Part shown: positions 50,621-62,174 of the stretch, piece by piece | Layout of the letters: each line of letters starts with the position of its first letter | Numbering within the stretch: the stretch's first letter is position 1 | DNA from: Ostrea edulis | Taxonomy: Eukaryota | Length of the DNA stretch: 64,000 nt | Assembly: GCF_947568905.1 (NCBI RefSeq) | Contig: NC_079164.1 | Span: forward strand, 59,892,001 to 59,956,000 | Direction of reading: 5' to 3' | Position numbers and translations under genes: made by a program | Notes under the pieces: model-generated | Databases searched by the model: none | Seen by the model: the letters and a program-made list of their open reading frames with translations, nothing else | What the model was told of the DNA's origin: nothing

Positions 50621-51362
50621 TAAGAGTACCGCAAACATTAAAACATACGCCCGGTACACCATATGCCCATTGGACCAGTAAGCACATTATGCACTCTGAA
50701 TTGATATCATACACATTCCAAATAAAAAATCCTCAAAGTAGATCATGGAGCACCAGTCTATCTGACGTGAACTGATTATGCATTTCTCGGAGAGGGTGGT
50801 TGTGACAAAATGTCAGAGCAATATCTATACCCATGAAAAAAAGTCCAGAAAACTATTTGACCTACTTTTAGTCCTAAAGTAGGCCAAGGTGCACCAACCA
50901 AGTTGAAATGTGAAATGATTATGTATTTCTCTGAGAGGGATGTTGTGACAAACTTTCTGGACAAAACCTGTATTCATAACGAAAAAAACCTGGAAAACTG
51001 TTTGACCACTTTTACCTCTAAAGTAGGTCAAGGTCATGGTGCACCAATCCAGTTGAAATGCAAACTGAACTTATATTCCTCCAAGAGGAAGCTTGTGATT
51101 AAATTTCAGGGCAATATCTGTATCTGTAACAAAAACAAGGTTTTTCTACTAAGTGTTACTATGACCTTGAAAAACAATAGGCATCCTTTGCTTGCCATAA
51201 GGTGTATATGTACCATGTTTGACAGTCCTAGCCCCAATTGTTCAGTATGTATCCTGCTTACAACTGATACTACAACATTGACCTTGAAAAACAATCGGCA
51301 TCTTCCTCTCAAATATACAGACGCCACCATACCATAATACGTTCCCGACAGGCATATAAAAT
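50621..51362. mobile_element. Degenerate Helitron/Helentron-type non-autonomous element
   Basis: aagagtaccgcaaac 5' end, internal aagtaggtcaaggtca-type repeats, and 3' ggcatataaaa. Confidence 0.45.
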
Positions 51363-51806
51363 CTGGACACTGCTGTTTTATGACCCAAATGTATACATGG
51401 CCAGTATTGCATTACAAATAATAGCCATTAAACAAATTTTCAAATTATTTCTTTTTAAATTAATTACATCTGAGATTTCATCCACCACCATCACTTGTCC
51501 TAAAGGTATATTAAATGTCTACCATTACTGTCACAGACTAAAAAATGATTTCTATAAATAACCTTCCATCAAACAGGGAAACCCAGGCCTTAGTCAATGA
51601 CCTCGATTTTCAATGTAATTACAGCAGAGGGACTCCTTTTCAATTAGTTTCAAGATTACAGAAGTACATTAACTTACTGTAGACAGAAATGTTTATAACT
51701 ATCTACCAAACTACATTATTTTATCCAAACAAAATTACTTTTAGCTGTTGACTAAACAGAATTCTGGCCTGTCCGAGTGTCCAGTAGTAAAATATAAATA
51801 CATCAC

Positions 51807-51879
51807 CTCTTGTTCTTTCTCCACAAGCTGCTTTTCTCGCTCTGACAAATCAGTTTGTGGATTTTCAGGCCTGCGTTTG
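51807..51879 (-). CDS. SEPT2: SEPT2-like septin, exon (73 bp): (S)KRRPENPQTDLSEREKQLVEKEQE
   Basis: Acceptor tttttag, donor GAG|gtgatg, phase 2 to 0. Links the exon ending at 60421 to the last coding exon in frame. Confidence 0.92.
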
Positions 51880-52944
51880 CTAAAAATAAACACAAGAGTC
51901 AGTTTAACATGCTACACCTTCATCTTTTTTTAAAATTTAAATATTTGAGCATCATTTAATTTTAAAATTTTGAAAATTGCAATCTGCAAAAGCATAATGT
52001 CGACCGAAGTCATACAGCAGTACTGATTGATTAAAGAGTAAAATATGTTACTAATTATTGATTAAAGTCTACTTAATAAAAATCAATATGAAATGTTAAG
52101 TTCAGTCAAACTACCAAGTGATATCTTGTAAATCAATGAAGACTAAGATATTCTCAAAGATATTTCCAAACAAGGTCACAATACCAATTTGTACCAAGTT
52201 CTGTGTTTGAGTATTATATGCTAGCCATACTTAAATATGTTTGACTGTACATAAAACTAGAATATGTACAGAATCCATCTATCCAAATTATTAACCTGCA
52301 GTAATTTTCTACTCACTATTATATGATAATCATTCTCAAATGAAGTATATATACTTAACAGTGTTTATCATTCTGCAATTTAGAGGAAAAAGAAAACGCT
52401 GAAACTACTAAAATCACCTAACGTACAGTGGTAGAACCAGAAATATACAAAAGGGGGGTGGGGGTTATTTAGTGACCCAAGATAGTGTCATATCCATTTT
52501 AAAAGGGGTTTGCAGAATCCAAAATGAAAGAAAATTACCTCCTCTTTTAAAACATTTTTTCCCAACAAAATGGGGAGGGGGAGAGGGGAGGAGGAGGATA
52601 GGGAATTGCAATCATGGTAACCCTTCTTTAGATCTGCTAAATTGCGACTAAAAAGGATAGTGTTTCCTTAAAGCCTATCAAAGATTTCAGTAACCAGATA
52701 TATCACATGAACCGAGACTGGTTTAAATGTTTGCACACAAATCAGAAGACAAATTCCAGGGATGTAAATTCACAAAAATTTCATGAAATCATCAGAGTAT
52801 GTAGGTCTATGAACCATCACCAAAAACCCTAGATTTAATCGTAGCATTTTCATAAATCATCTTTCTTCATTAATGAGTATGTAAAACATTAAATCCATCC
52901 AAGTCTCTCAATATCCTGCATCCACCAGAAAAATATCACCAACA

Positions 52945-53370
52945 AGAGGCCCACAGGCCTCATCAGTCACCTGAGTATTAGATAAAAGTATCACTAGTCC
53001 CACAGGCCTCATCAGTCACCTGAGTATTAGATAAAAGTATCACTAGTCCCACAGGCCTCATCAGTCACCTGAGTATTAGTTAAAAGTATCACTAGTCCCA
53101 CAGGCCTCATCAGTCACCTGAGTATTAGATAAAAGTATCACTAGTCCCACAGGCCTCATCAGTCACCTGAGTATTAGTTAAAAGTATCACTAGTCCCACA
53201 GGCCTCATCAGTCACCTGAGTATTAGTTAAAAGTATCACTAGTCCCACAGGCCTCATCAGTCACCTGAGTATTAGATAAAAGTATCACTAGTCCCACAGG
53301 CCTCATCAGTCACCTGAGTATTAGATAAAAGTATCACTAGTCCCAAAGAGAAAAGTATCACTAGTCCCAC
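52945..53370. repeat. 56-bp tandem amplification (about 7 copies) of the element 5' end
   Basis: Unit ccacaggcctcatcagtcacctgagtattag(a/t)taaaagtatcactagtc. Confidence 0.92.
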
Positions 53371-53693
53371 GGGATATGAAATCTAGAAAAAATGTCCTGT
53401 TCTGAATATCTAAGCTAAATTCTAATGTTCAGCAACAGTTTAAAACAAGATGTGTTCTTGAAACTTAAATGTCCTCAAAAGTGCCTATACTGATGAAAGG
53501 CTTTACATAATAAGGTGCATGCAACATTAACACAAAATGGCTAATTTGGACCTGTCCTAGAGTCAAAACTCTGGGGTTGCAAAATTCACAATTTTGGTAC
53601 ATCCTTTTCTGCTTTTCCTAAATATGTATTTAGTTTTTATACTGTATTAGCAAACTTAAAGAAGTCCTTCAAATGATAAAAGGCAATAATGAC

Positions 53694-54205
53694 TAGGACT
53701 GAAACAATACGCCCCCTTCACGATACAATATGTATTGAAACGATACGCCCCCTTCACGATACAATATGTATTGAAACGATATGCCCCCTTCACGATACAA
53801 TATGTATTGCAATACTTATGCCACGATTCAATACTTTCAATACAATACAATTTACAGAAGAAACCAATAATAATATTGAAGAAAAATTTAATTATCAAGA
53901 ATCAAAATCACAATTTTAAAAGGAAAATGTTGCCAAACGGTAAGATGACTGTTGGCTCTGTAGTTTACACTGATAAAGCTCATTATTGTTTTTGTCAGCC
54001 TCAAGACAAACAAGTCTGAATGTTATTCGAGGCTATTTTGTCCCTCATGCAGGTAAAAATAATAACTACAGGCTGAGCCTGATGTTTTTTACTGAAACCG
54101 TTTGTAATACACGTATCAAACCGAAAACCAGGGCAATGAATCGAACATTGAATCGAGCATTTATACTGAACAGTATCGATATTTTGGTGAATCATTTCAG
54201 CTCTA
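53694..54205. mobile_element. hAT-type MITE (older copy)
   Basis: TIR taggactgaaacaat / atcatttcagctcta; degenerate 8-bp TSD ataatgac / acaattac; contains a 36-bp tandem triplication at 53700-53815. Confidence 0.7.
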
Positions 54206-54389
54206 ACAATTACTATAATAATTTTGGCTCCATCCTGAAACCAACCCGGCCCTTACCTCCTAGGATCATAAAATTTACAATTTTGGTAGAGGACTAATTA
54301 CTCCTTCTAAAATATCTATTTGGTTTCAATTTTGTATCAATAGCATTAAAGATATTATTTAAATTATTACACATATACACTATATATAC

Positions 54390-56051
54390 TAGGGCTGAAA
54401 CAATTCACCGAAATATCGATACTGTTCAATATAAACCCTCAATTTAATGTTCGGTTCATTGCCTCGATTTTCGGTTCAATACGTTTATTACAAACTGGTT
54501 CAGTAAAATACATCAGGCTTGGCCTGTATACTTATAATTTTTATCTGCATGAGGAACAAAATAATGTCGAATAACGTTCAGACTGTTGTTTGCCTTGAGT
54601 CTAACGAAAATAATAATGAACTTCATCAGTTTAAACTACAGAGCCAATAGGCATCTTACTGTTTGGCAATTTGGAAATGTTTTGCTTTTAAAATTATGAA
54701 TGTGAATCTTGGTAATTAATTTTTTTTCTAAATGTTATCAGTGGGTTTTTTTTCTAAATGTTATCAGTGGTTTCTTCTGTAAATTGTATCGTATTGAAAG
54801 TATTGAATTGCGGCATAAGTATTGCAATATCAGACCTGATTTTGCAAGGAAATGAAAAAAGCTGATTTAAAGATAATAGGCCGGTGGGTCTGGGGTAAAT
54901 GGTGCAAAATCCTGCATTCTGAGCATTTCCTGGCACTTCTTTTTCACTTTCAAATTGTCTATTTCTTATACAAAACTTTTATGTTACATATACTTTCTTA
55001 ATTCTTACATATGTTTTCTTTACCCCTAGATTATTACAGCAATAATAATTAATATGAATTCATGTATCAATATAAAAGGAGGTTTTAATCTAGCCTTTTT
55101 TGAAGTTTTGTTATAGTTTCTTAGTCTTCCTCTTGGTTTAGATAACTCTTTAGTTAACTGAGAAAGTAAAAATGATATCATGAGCTATCTTCATTGCAAT
55201 TACCATAACAGAGGAAATTAAGAAAATTCGGGTTATAAAAGTTGGGAGATGTTTATATAGTGCTTATAACATATCAATCATGAAGTATTGCTAAATGAGG
55301 TGAATGAGGGGAAATTACGGATGATCTGACCGTTTTACTTTGTTTTCTCATGAAAGCCTCAAGGTATTGTACACTTTTAAATGATAAAGAATAAGACTTT
55401 AAAAAATATTAGGGAGACGAATTTCGGTTCCCGCGAGAAGGTACTGATAAATCTCTGTTTATTGTTATCGTAAATCAATGGATTTATATTATTTTGTAGT
55501 TACCAGAAAAACTTTGATTGGCTCTACTAGATTTCATGCAATTTTCTTGTTGATGTACTGTTCCAGTGCCAACCATCTACGTGACGAGTAATTGATTTCT
55601 TCATGGCATAATTGGCAAAGCCCTTCCCGCTACTATTAATCATCGTTCACCTTTTATCCAATCACTCCCATCTCCATGGGGTTTTGATACCTTTATCGAC
55701 TTCTTGAACACTTTTATTCTCCAACCAAGGTCGTAGAATTTTGACATCCATTACGGATTTTTACCGCGACCAACATTCTCAGTTAAACTACCAACGATTG
55801 GTTAAACATACACTACTAGCTTCCAAGAACCAATGAAATTACGTGTTACGTCCAATGATAAGATAGTATAAAAGGATCTAAAATAGATTCACCGAACAAA
55901 AACGGTCATGTATGTCCATTTTAAAAAAGCGGAATACAAATTTATAAACAGATTGCACAAATTTAAAGAGCGGAATTCCGCTAAAAAGCGGAATAAAATC
56001 AGGTCTGCAATATGTATCATATCGTGAAGGGGGTGTATCGTTTCAGCCCTA
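54390..56051. mobile_element. hAT-type MITE, same family as 53694-54205 in the opposite orientation
   Basis: TIR tagggctgaaac / gtttcagcccta; perfect 8-bp TSD atatatac. Confidence 0.85.
54831..56007. mobile_element. Non-autonomous TIR element nested in the hAT MITE
   Basis: TIR cagacctgattt / aaatcaggtctg; flanking direct repeat caatat. Confidence 0.75.
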
Positions 56052-57295
56052 ATATATACACCAAGTTTGGCCCAACCCTTGGGTCAGAACCTCTACCCTG
56101 GGGATCATGAAATTTACAATTTTGGTAAAGGACTACCTACTCTTCCTAAAATATTTATTTAGTTTCAATTTAGTATCATCATCATTAAAGCCCTCTAGTC
56201 AGAACCTCTACCCCAGGGATCATGAAATTTACAATTTTGATAAAGGTCTTCCTGCATCACTATGCACTTAGCTTTTCTTAGAGATATGCAGTTGTATAGA
56301 AGAATATTTTGAAAATTTGTAAATTTTGGGCAGATTTTGCCCTGCTACTAAGGCCCTGGGAGTGCAGGAGTCCTTAAATATACAATTTACACCCCAAAGA
56401 CACTTCATACCAAATTTGAAAAGAAATGAAAAGGTAGTTATCAAGAAGTTTAAAATGTTTAATTGTTAAGACATTTTATCACTGACCACTGACTTCACTG
56501 CGATACCAAAACCCCAACAATTTTGGTAAAGGACTACCTGCTCAATCTAAATATCTATTTAGTTTCCATTTAGTATCAATTGCATTAAAGAAGATATTAT
56601 TCAAATGTTTTACACATGAATACAATATAGTAAGTTACCCTTCCCTGGAGTCAGAACCTCTACCCCAAGGATCATCAAATTTACAATTTTGGTAGAGGCC
56701 TTCCTGCTCTACAACACTATGCATTTAGCTTTTCTTACACATGTACAGTTGTAGAGAACAAGATTTATGAAAATTGGTCAATCTTTGCCCAGCCCCTACG
56801 GCCCAAGGGGTGCAGGAGTCCTGAATTTTACCATTTATGTCCCCCTTGTCCCAAAGATCCTTCATACCAAATTTTTCAAAAAATTGGAATGGTAGCTATC
56901 AAGATGTTAAAAATGTTTCATTGTTGATTCATGACGGATGCAGACCAATTGCAATAGGTCACCCGGTCTAAAAATTTAATCATTTGTTATCATCCATAAG
57001 CCTATCCTTGGTAGAAAATTTTAATTGAAAATCTATGACTGTTAATCAGCACACAAAAACAAATGAACTGAAAACACAACTTTTCTTCATGGGTTGGGGG
57101 GCATTCAAAACCAAGATCCATACTGGGCAACAGCATGGCACTAACAAGATGTAGTGCTGAGTATTGCGATGGTCTCCAATACTTGCATTTAAACACTAAA
57201 ATACATTGAGGTCTTTATTTGTGAAAGATTGATTATTAAAGCTGAAATGATCCCTGATCATGGATTTTATCCTGTTGTTGTCCTGGATAAGACTA

Positions 57296-58100
57296 AGATC
57301 ACAAGGTCATAGTATGATATAAAGGCCTCACCATAACAAACGTATATACAGAATATGAAAGATCTATCTTAAATAGTTGTAGAGATCAAACAGTTAAGAT
57401 TTTTATCAAAGTATGTAAAACTTCCAGGTCAAGGTCACAAGATCAAACACCTAAGTATATCAAGGTCTTGTCACAAAGAATCTATATACAAAACATAAAA
57501 GCTTTACCTTAAATAGTTCAAGAGATATTGACTACGTCAGATTTAAAAAAAAGTTGGTCCAACTCTAAGGTCTAGGTCACAAGGTCAAGCTTCATAAAAT
57601 ATTAAGGCCTTGCCATAAAGAACCTATAAACAAAATATGAAAGCACTACCTTAAATACTCCAGGAGATATTGAATAGGTCAGGGATTTTTTTTTCAAAAG
57701 TAGGTCAAAAGATCAAACAACAATGTGAACAAGGTCTTGCCATAAAGAATCTATATACAAAATATGGAAGCCCCACCTAAAACAGTTCCGAATAAATTTT
57801 ATGTCATGTTTTCTTAAAAGTAGGTAAAACTCGAAGTTCAAAAGATCAAAGATCATGATATGAAATGAAAGGTCTTGCCATAAATATACATAAATATATA
57901 AGATATGAAAGATCTATCTTGGATAGTTCAGGACATATTGTATAGGTCATATATTTATTAAAAGAAGAAAAAACTTCCAGATTAAGGTCACAAGATCACA
58001 TATCATTGGATCACATCAAAGGTCTTTCCATAAAATATATACATGTATATACAAAATATGAAAGACCTAGCTTATATAGTGCAAGAGATATTTTTAAAGA
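57296..58100. repeat. Degenerate about 120-bp repeats of transposon origin
   Basis: Recurrent aaggtcacaagatca..aaggtctt(g/t)ccataaa..aaaatatgaaag. Confidence 0.6.
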
Positions 58101-58129
58101 TTTAACCTGTAGTATATCAGCACATTATA

Positions 58130-58657
58130 CTTTGATCCCCTATTGTGGCCCTACCCTACCCTGGGGGGAGGGGGGGGCATAAATTGCAAACTTGGATCTA
58201 CTTTATGTTAGAAAGCTTTGATGTAAATTTGAACTTTTCTGGCCCAGTGGTTTTTGAGCAGATTCCTAAATATTCTAATGTAAAACTTTGATCCCCTATT
58301 TTGGCCCCATCCTACCCCCAGGGACCATGATTTGAACAAACTTGGATCTGCACAATGTCAAGAAACTTTCATATAAATTTGAACTTTTCTGGTCCAGTGG
58401 TGCTTAAATTTTTAAAGACTTTCCCTATATAATCACTGTATTCCCGGGGGCCATGATTTGAATTAACTTGAATCTGCACTATGTCAGGAAGCTTTCGTGT
58501 AAATTTCAACTTTTCTGGCCCAATGATTCTTGAGAAGAAAAAATTTAAAGGATCCCACCCTATTTTAACATTTTCATGATTATCTCCCCTTTGAAGGGGG
58601 GTATGGCCCTTCATTTGAATAAACTTGAATCCCATTCATCCATAGATGATGTGTACC

Positions 58658-58696
<39 letters not shown>

Positions 58697-58779
58697 AAGA
58701 AAATTTGAAAAATTTACAGATAGACAGATGGGTGATCAGAATAGCTCACTTGAGCTTTCAGCTCAGGTGAGGCAAAAAA
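58130..58779. mobile_element. 5'-truncated copy of the 166-bp-repeat Helentron-type family (see 1952-2766)
   Basis: ttgatcccctattgtggcc repeats; 3' end gctcacttgagctttcagctcaggtgag is nearly identical to 2735-2760. Confidence 0.7.
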
Positions 58780-60091
58780 CTGATTATCTAGATGAATGAC
58801 CAGTAACTTGTGTGTGACTGTACTAAGCTGATGTGTTAAATTAGTTGTACAGACAGACAGACAGATAGAAAGACATACAGATGTAGTGATATTGTGATGA
58901 TGATAAATTAAAATAGAAAAGAGTTCATCATATTTACAACCTCAAACAGAATATATCTTAAATCATTCTAAAATCTTATTTGTAGTACACTTTTATATTC
59001 ATACACATGCATATTTAGCTCACTGAACATTTAGTGAAACATCTACCATAGAAGGTATTTTTTTAAATTCTAACATACAGGATATTCTTAAGGTTGTTGT
59101 GAATGGAATGATACAATAAACAGAAGTTTGGACAGAATGAAGGTTAGAAAGACCCCACACAGTGCCAGCTGACAAGACAGGAAGTGTCGACGGATGAGAC
59201 GAGAAGTATGCTTACCCAGACACCAGTGTCAGGTGACCACAGGTTTAGAACAGGGAAGGAAGAACAAAAGAGAAACAAATATTAGTTTCATGCATTTTTC
59301 AAAATTAATTTTTGTTTGAAAGTAATGCATTCTCCATACCACACATATTTCTCTGTTTTAATCTTTTAATTCCTGTATTTATGTCATTGGAAGACAAATA
59401 AGTATGAACTATTCAAATTCATATTTCGACCTTAGTTATATTGGGAAGGTCCTCCCACTTAATCATTCAGGAAGTACTACATGTACTACATCAATAGGAC
59501 TCTATGTGGGTGAAATTTCCTACAACTATACAAAATGGATCTGAACTACACTTGAAACCAAAACCAAGTAATTATTTGGTAAACTTTAAAATCAGGGCAA
59601 CAATATGGATATTTTCTACACACATATTTCTGAAATACATGTATACATATTTTGACAAACAGAATCATTCTGCAAACCTTGTTTTATTCTACAGATGCAG
59701 ACATTTGCAAATCTTACAAACTTGTACAAACATTCCCACAAAAAACACAAAAGTTTGGTTGAGCAATCTAATGGGAGTCTAGTCTACTGGCATTACATTC
59801 TGCACAAATTCATTGCATGTACATTGGTGAAACTGAAAAAAATGTTAGATTAACTACGAACAAGTGATTACATGCTTACGGTGGTGGAGGGGGTATATTA
59901 ATCTGTAACTATGGAAACTGAATAAAAATAAGACATACTCTATCATTTCATTGTAAGTTTCTTCATTGCGAGGTCGTCTGTAAATTTGATTGACATTTCA
60001 TAAAATCAACTCAATTCTAAATGCATTTTATATTTTACCTATTAAATAATCAAAAAAAGTTTTTTCACAGAATTTCAATTTTATTTTAATC

Positions 60092-60190
60092 CAATCTAAT
60101 TAAAATTAGATCCTTTGATCTGCTCATCTACTATCGCTTGTGTAGCGATAGTAGATGAGCGGATCAAAGGATCTAATTTTAATTAGATTG
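60092..60190. mobile_element. 99-bp near-perfect hairpin MITE, Mutator-like
   Basis: 47-bp arms, 5-nt loop tgtgt, one G:T pair; perfect 9-bp TSD attttaatc. Confidence 0.85.
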
Positions 60191-60420
60191 ATTTTAATCT
60201 AAATTTAATCAGGGCAAGTGTTATATGAGACCAATAATGTAAGTGAATTCACATATCAACTAAAAATAATTCAAAATTTCCTGAATGATAAACAAAGCAA
60301 TATAAGCAAAATAAAGCACAGGTTTAAATATCTGCTCACATAAATATTGCCATAAATTTAATTTAATTTCTCATAAACAGACAACAGCAGCAGAGTCCCG
60401 CATCTAAATCACTTGCATAC

Positions 60421-60522
60421 CTTGTTTTCTTGGGTACTGAACCTCCATCCGCCAATTTCTCAGCTCGGAAATTCTCATAATGAACTTCCTGTGTTACTTC
60501 TTGTAAATCTTGCATGTGAGTG
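60421..60522 (-). CDS. SEPT2: SEPT2-like septin, exon (102 bp): (I)[33 protein letters not shown](S)
   Basis: Acceptor tttgtatag, donor AAG|gtatgc, phase 2 to 2. Contains the [21 protein letters not shown]2 signature. Confidence 0.97.
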
Positions 60523-60873
60523 CTATACAAAAATATAACACAAGTTTAACAAAAGGTTTCAAAAGGCAAAAAGGAAGAAGACAAAATGGAGAAAAAGAGA
60601 ATCATTCTGCAAAAAAGTTTTCCAACAGCAACAGAGGGAAGATTCTGGAAAAATAATACTTCATTATGAAAATTGTGACTGTTTTCTTGAATCAATGAAC
60701 ATGATTGTTTTTCAGTAGGAAATTAAGCTCTTTGGTGAATTTCACAACCTGTTTACATTTATAATGTCACATATCTTAAATCTTGATCCTATGTAAATGA
60801 GCATGGTCAAAATGATCTCAGCTTACATGAACATGGTTTCCAGTTTAACTAAATTGAAATGATCTCAACTTAC

Positions 60874-61019
60874 ATAAGCATGGTTCTGAGTTTGATGAAA
60901 TCACAGTGATCAGGATTTTCCACCTCTACGACTCCCCAGGGATACATACGACCTCTGACCTTTTTACCTTTGACCTCTATCACAGTATTAGCACCAATGA
61001 CTGCAAAAGGCACCGCTTC
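60874..61019 (-). CDS. SEPT2: SEPT2-like septin, exon (146 bp): [48 protein letters not shown](I)
   Basis: Acceptor cttttgcag, donor AT|gtaagt, phase 0 to 2. Septin unique element. Confidence 0.97.
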
Positions 61020-61141
61020 CTGCAAAAGAAATTCAATTAAGAAGTACATATATAAAAATAATGACACTGTAACAATGTAACAGATATTTTTGTTAGAAAG
61101 AAACAGATACCACCTTTTAACATAGAAACAATATAACTGAC

Positions 61142-61243
61142 CTTCAGGAGTCGACATTGCTCTCTATACTCCTCATCTTCGTCTTCATCGCAGTCTGGGA
61201 GAGCATACAAGTTGATTCCATTCTCCATTATTTGGGTCATCAC
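61142..61243 (-). CDS. SEPT2: SEPT2-like septin, exon (102 bp): [34 protein letters not shown]
   Basis: Acceptor atgtgcag, donor AAG|gtcagt, phase 0 to 0. Upstream exons were not found before 64000. Confidence 0.96.
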
Positions 61244-62174
61244 CTGCACATATGTCAAAATATATTGAAGATAAGCATCCAAGTTATCAAAATTTTACAA
61301 TTGTTTTCATTTCTTTTATTCAGTTCTACATAAAGTTCACATTTCTGTACTATTTCTTACTTTTCTTTTTTGATAGAACAAAGTATCTGATGTGTTCTGC
61401 CAACTTTCTATAACTCTGCAAATTCTTGCTATTATGAAAATAAAGGTTTAGGAGAAGCTTTAATGAGATCCCCTTTCCCAATTAACAAACTTTTATTGAC
61501 AAATAATTGCAGAGAACTGCTGATCACTAGAGCATTATATTTCAACTGAATCAGATGAAAAGAGCACAAAATTTAGTCATTACACCGAGCATGGGAGGAG
61601 TGTAGACAGCTGATCATTGTCAAAAACTGACAAATGTCACAGTTATATTTACACAGATATAAAACCACGTTATTACATATGTAATTGGATCTTCTGACTT
61701 TCTTAAATAAACCCCACTTGTGTCGGCAGATATCCAACTAAAACATCCTCACTTGAGGTTTTAGGATCTGTTTAATTATTTCAAAATGTGCTCATTCTTA
61801 CTGCAAAATATGAACCTCTTCCCAAAATTACCTGTATATTGTGAAATGTACGAAAAAATGTTAGCATACCTAGAGACTTTGTTCAAAAGCATTGTACAAG
61901 CTTTTTTGCATTTTTGTAAGTGCTGTCCAATAAGCCAGAGGCATATTTCCAATGTGTACATAACATTCAGCATTAGTTTAAGCTCATTGAGTTAAATTCA
62001 ATTTTAAATTCAATGACTTAATCTTTTTATCACCAATCTTACCAATTTTTTTTTTTCTGTGTGCATTTGTGCTAAAATAAAAAAATCAAAACCCAAAAGC
62101 ATTCAAACTACAGATATCAGGAGTGGGGGTCTAGTAAAATTGGATGAGATTCCTCTCCACTTTGTGTACAGCTG

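Larger units (their letters stand above)
52941..56970. mobile_element. Helitron/Helentron-type element (same family as 22561-23974) carrying nested insertions
   Basis: 5' end aacaagaggcccacaggcc..gtcacctgag. Body homologous to 22620-23940 on both sides of the nested elements; ends caattgcaataggtcacc. Confidence 0.7.
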
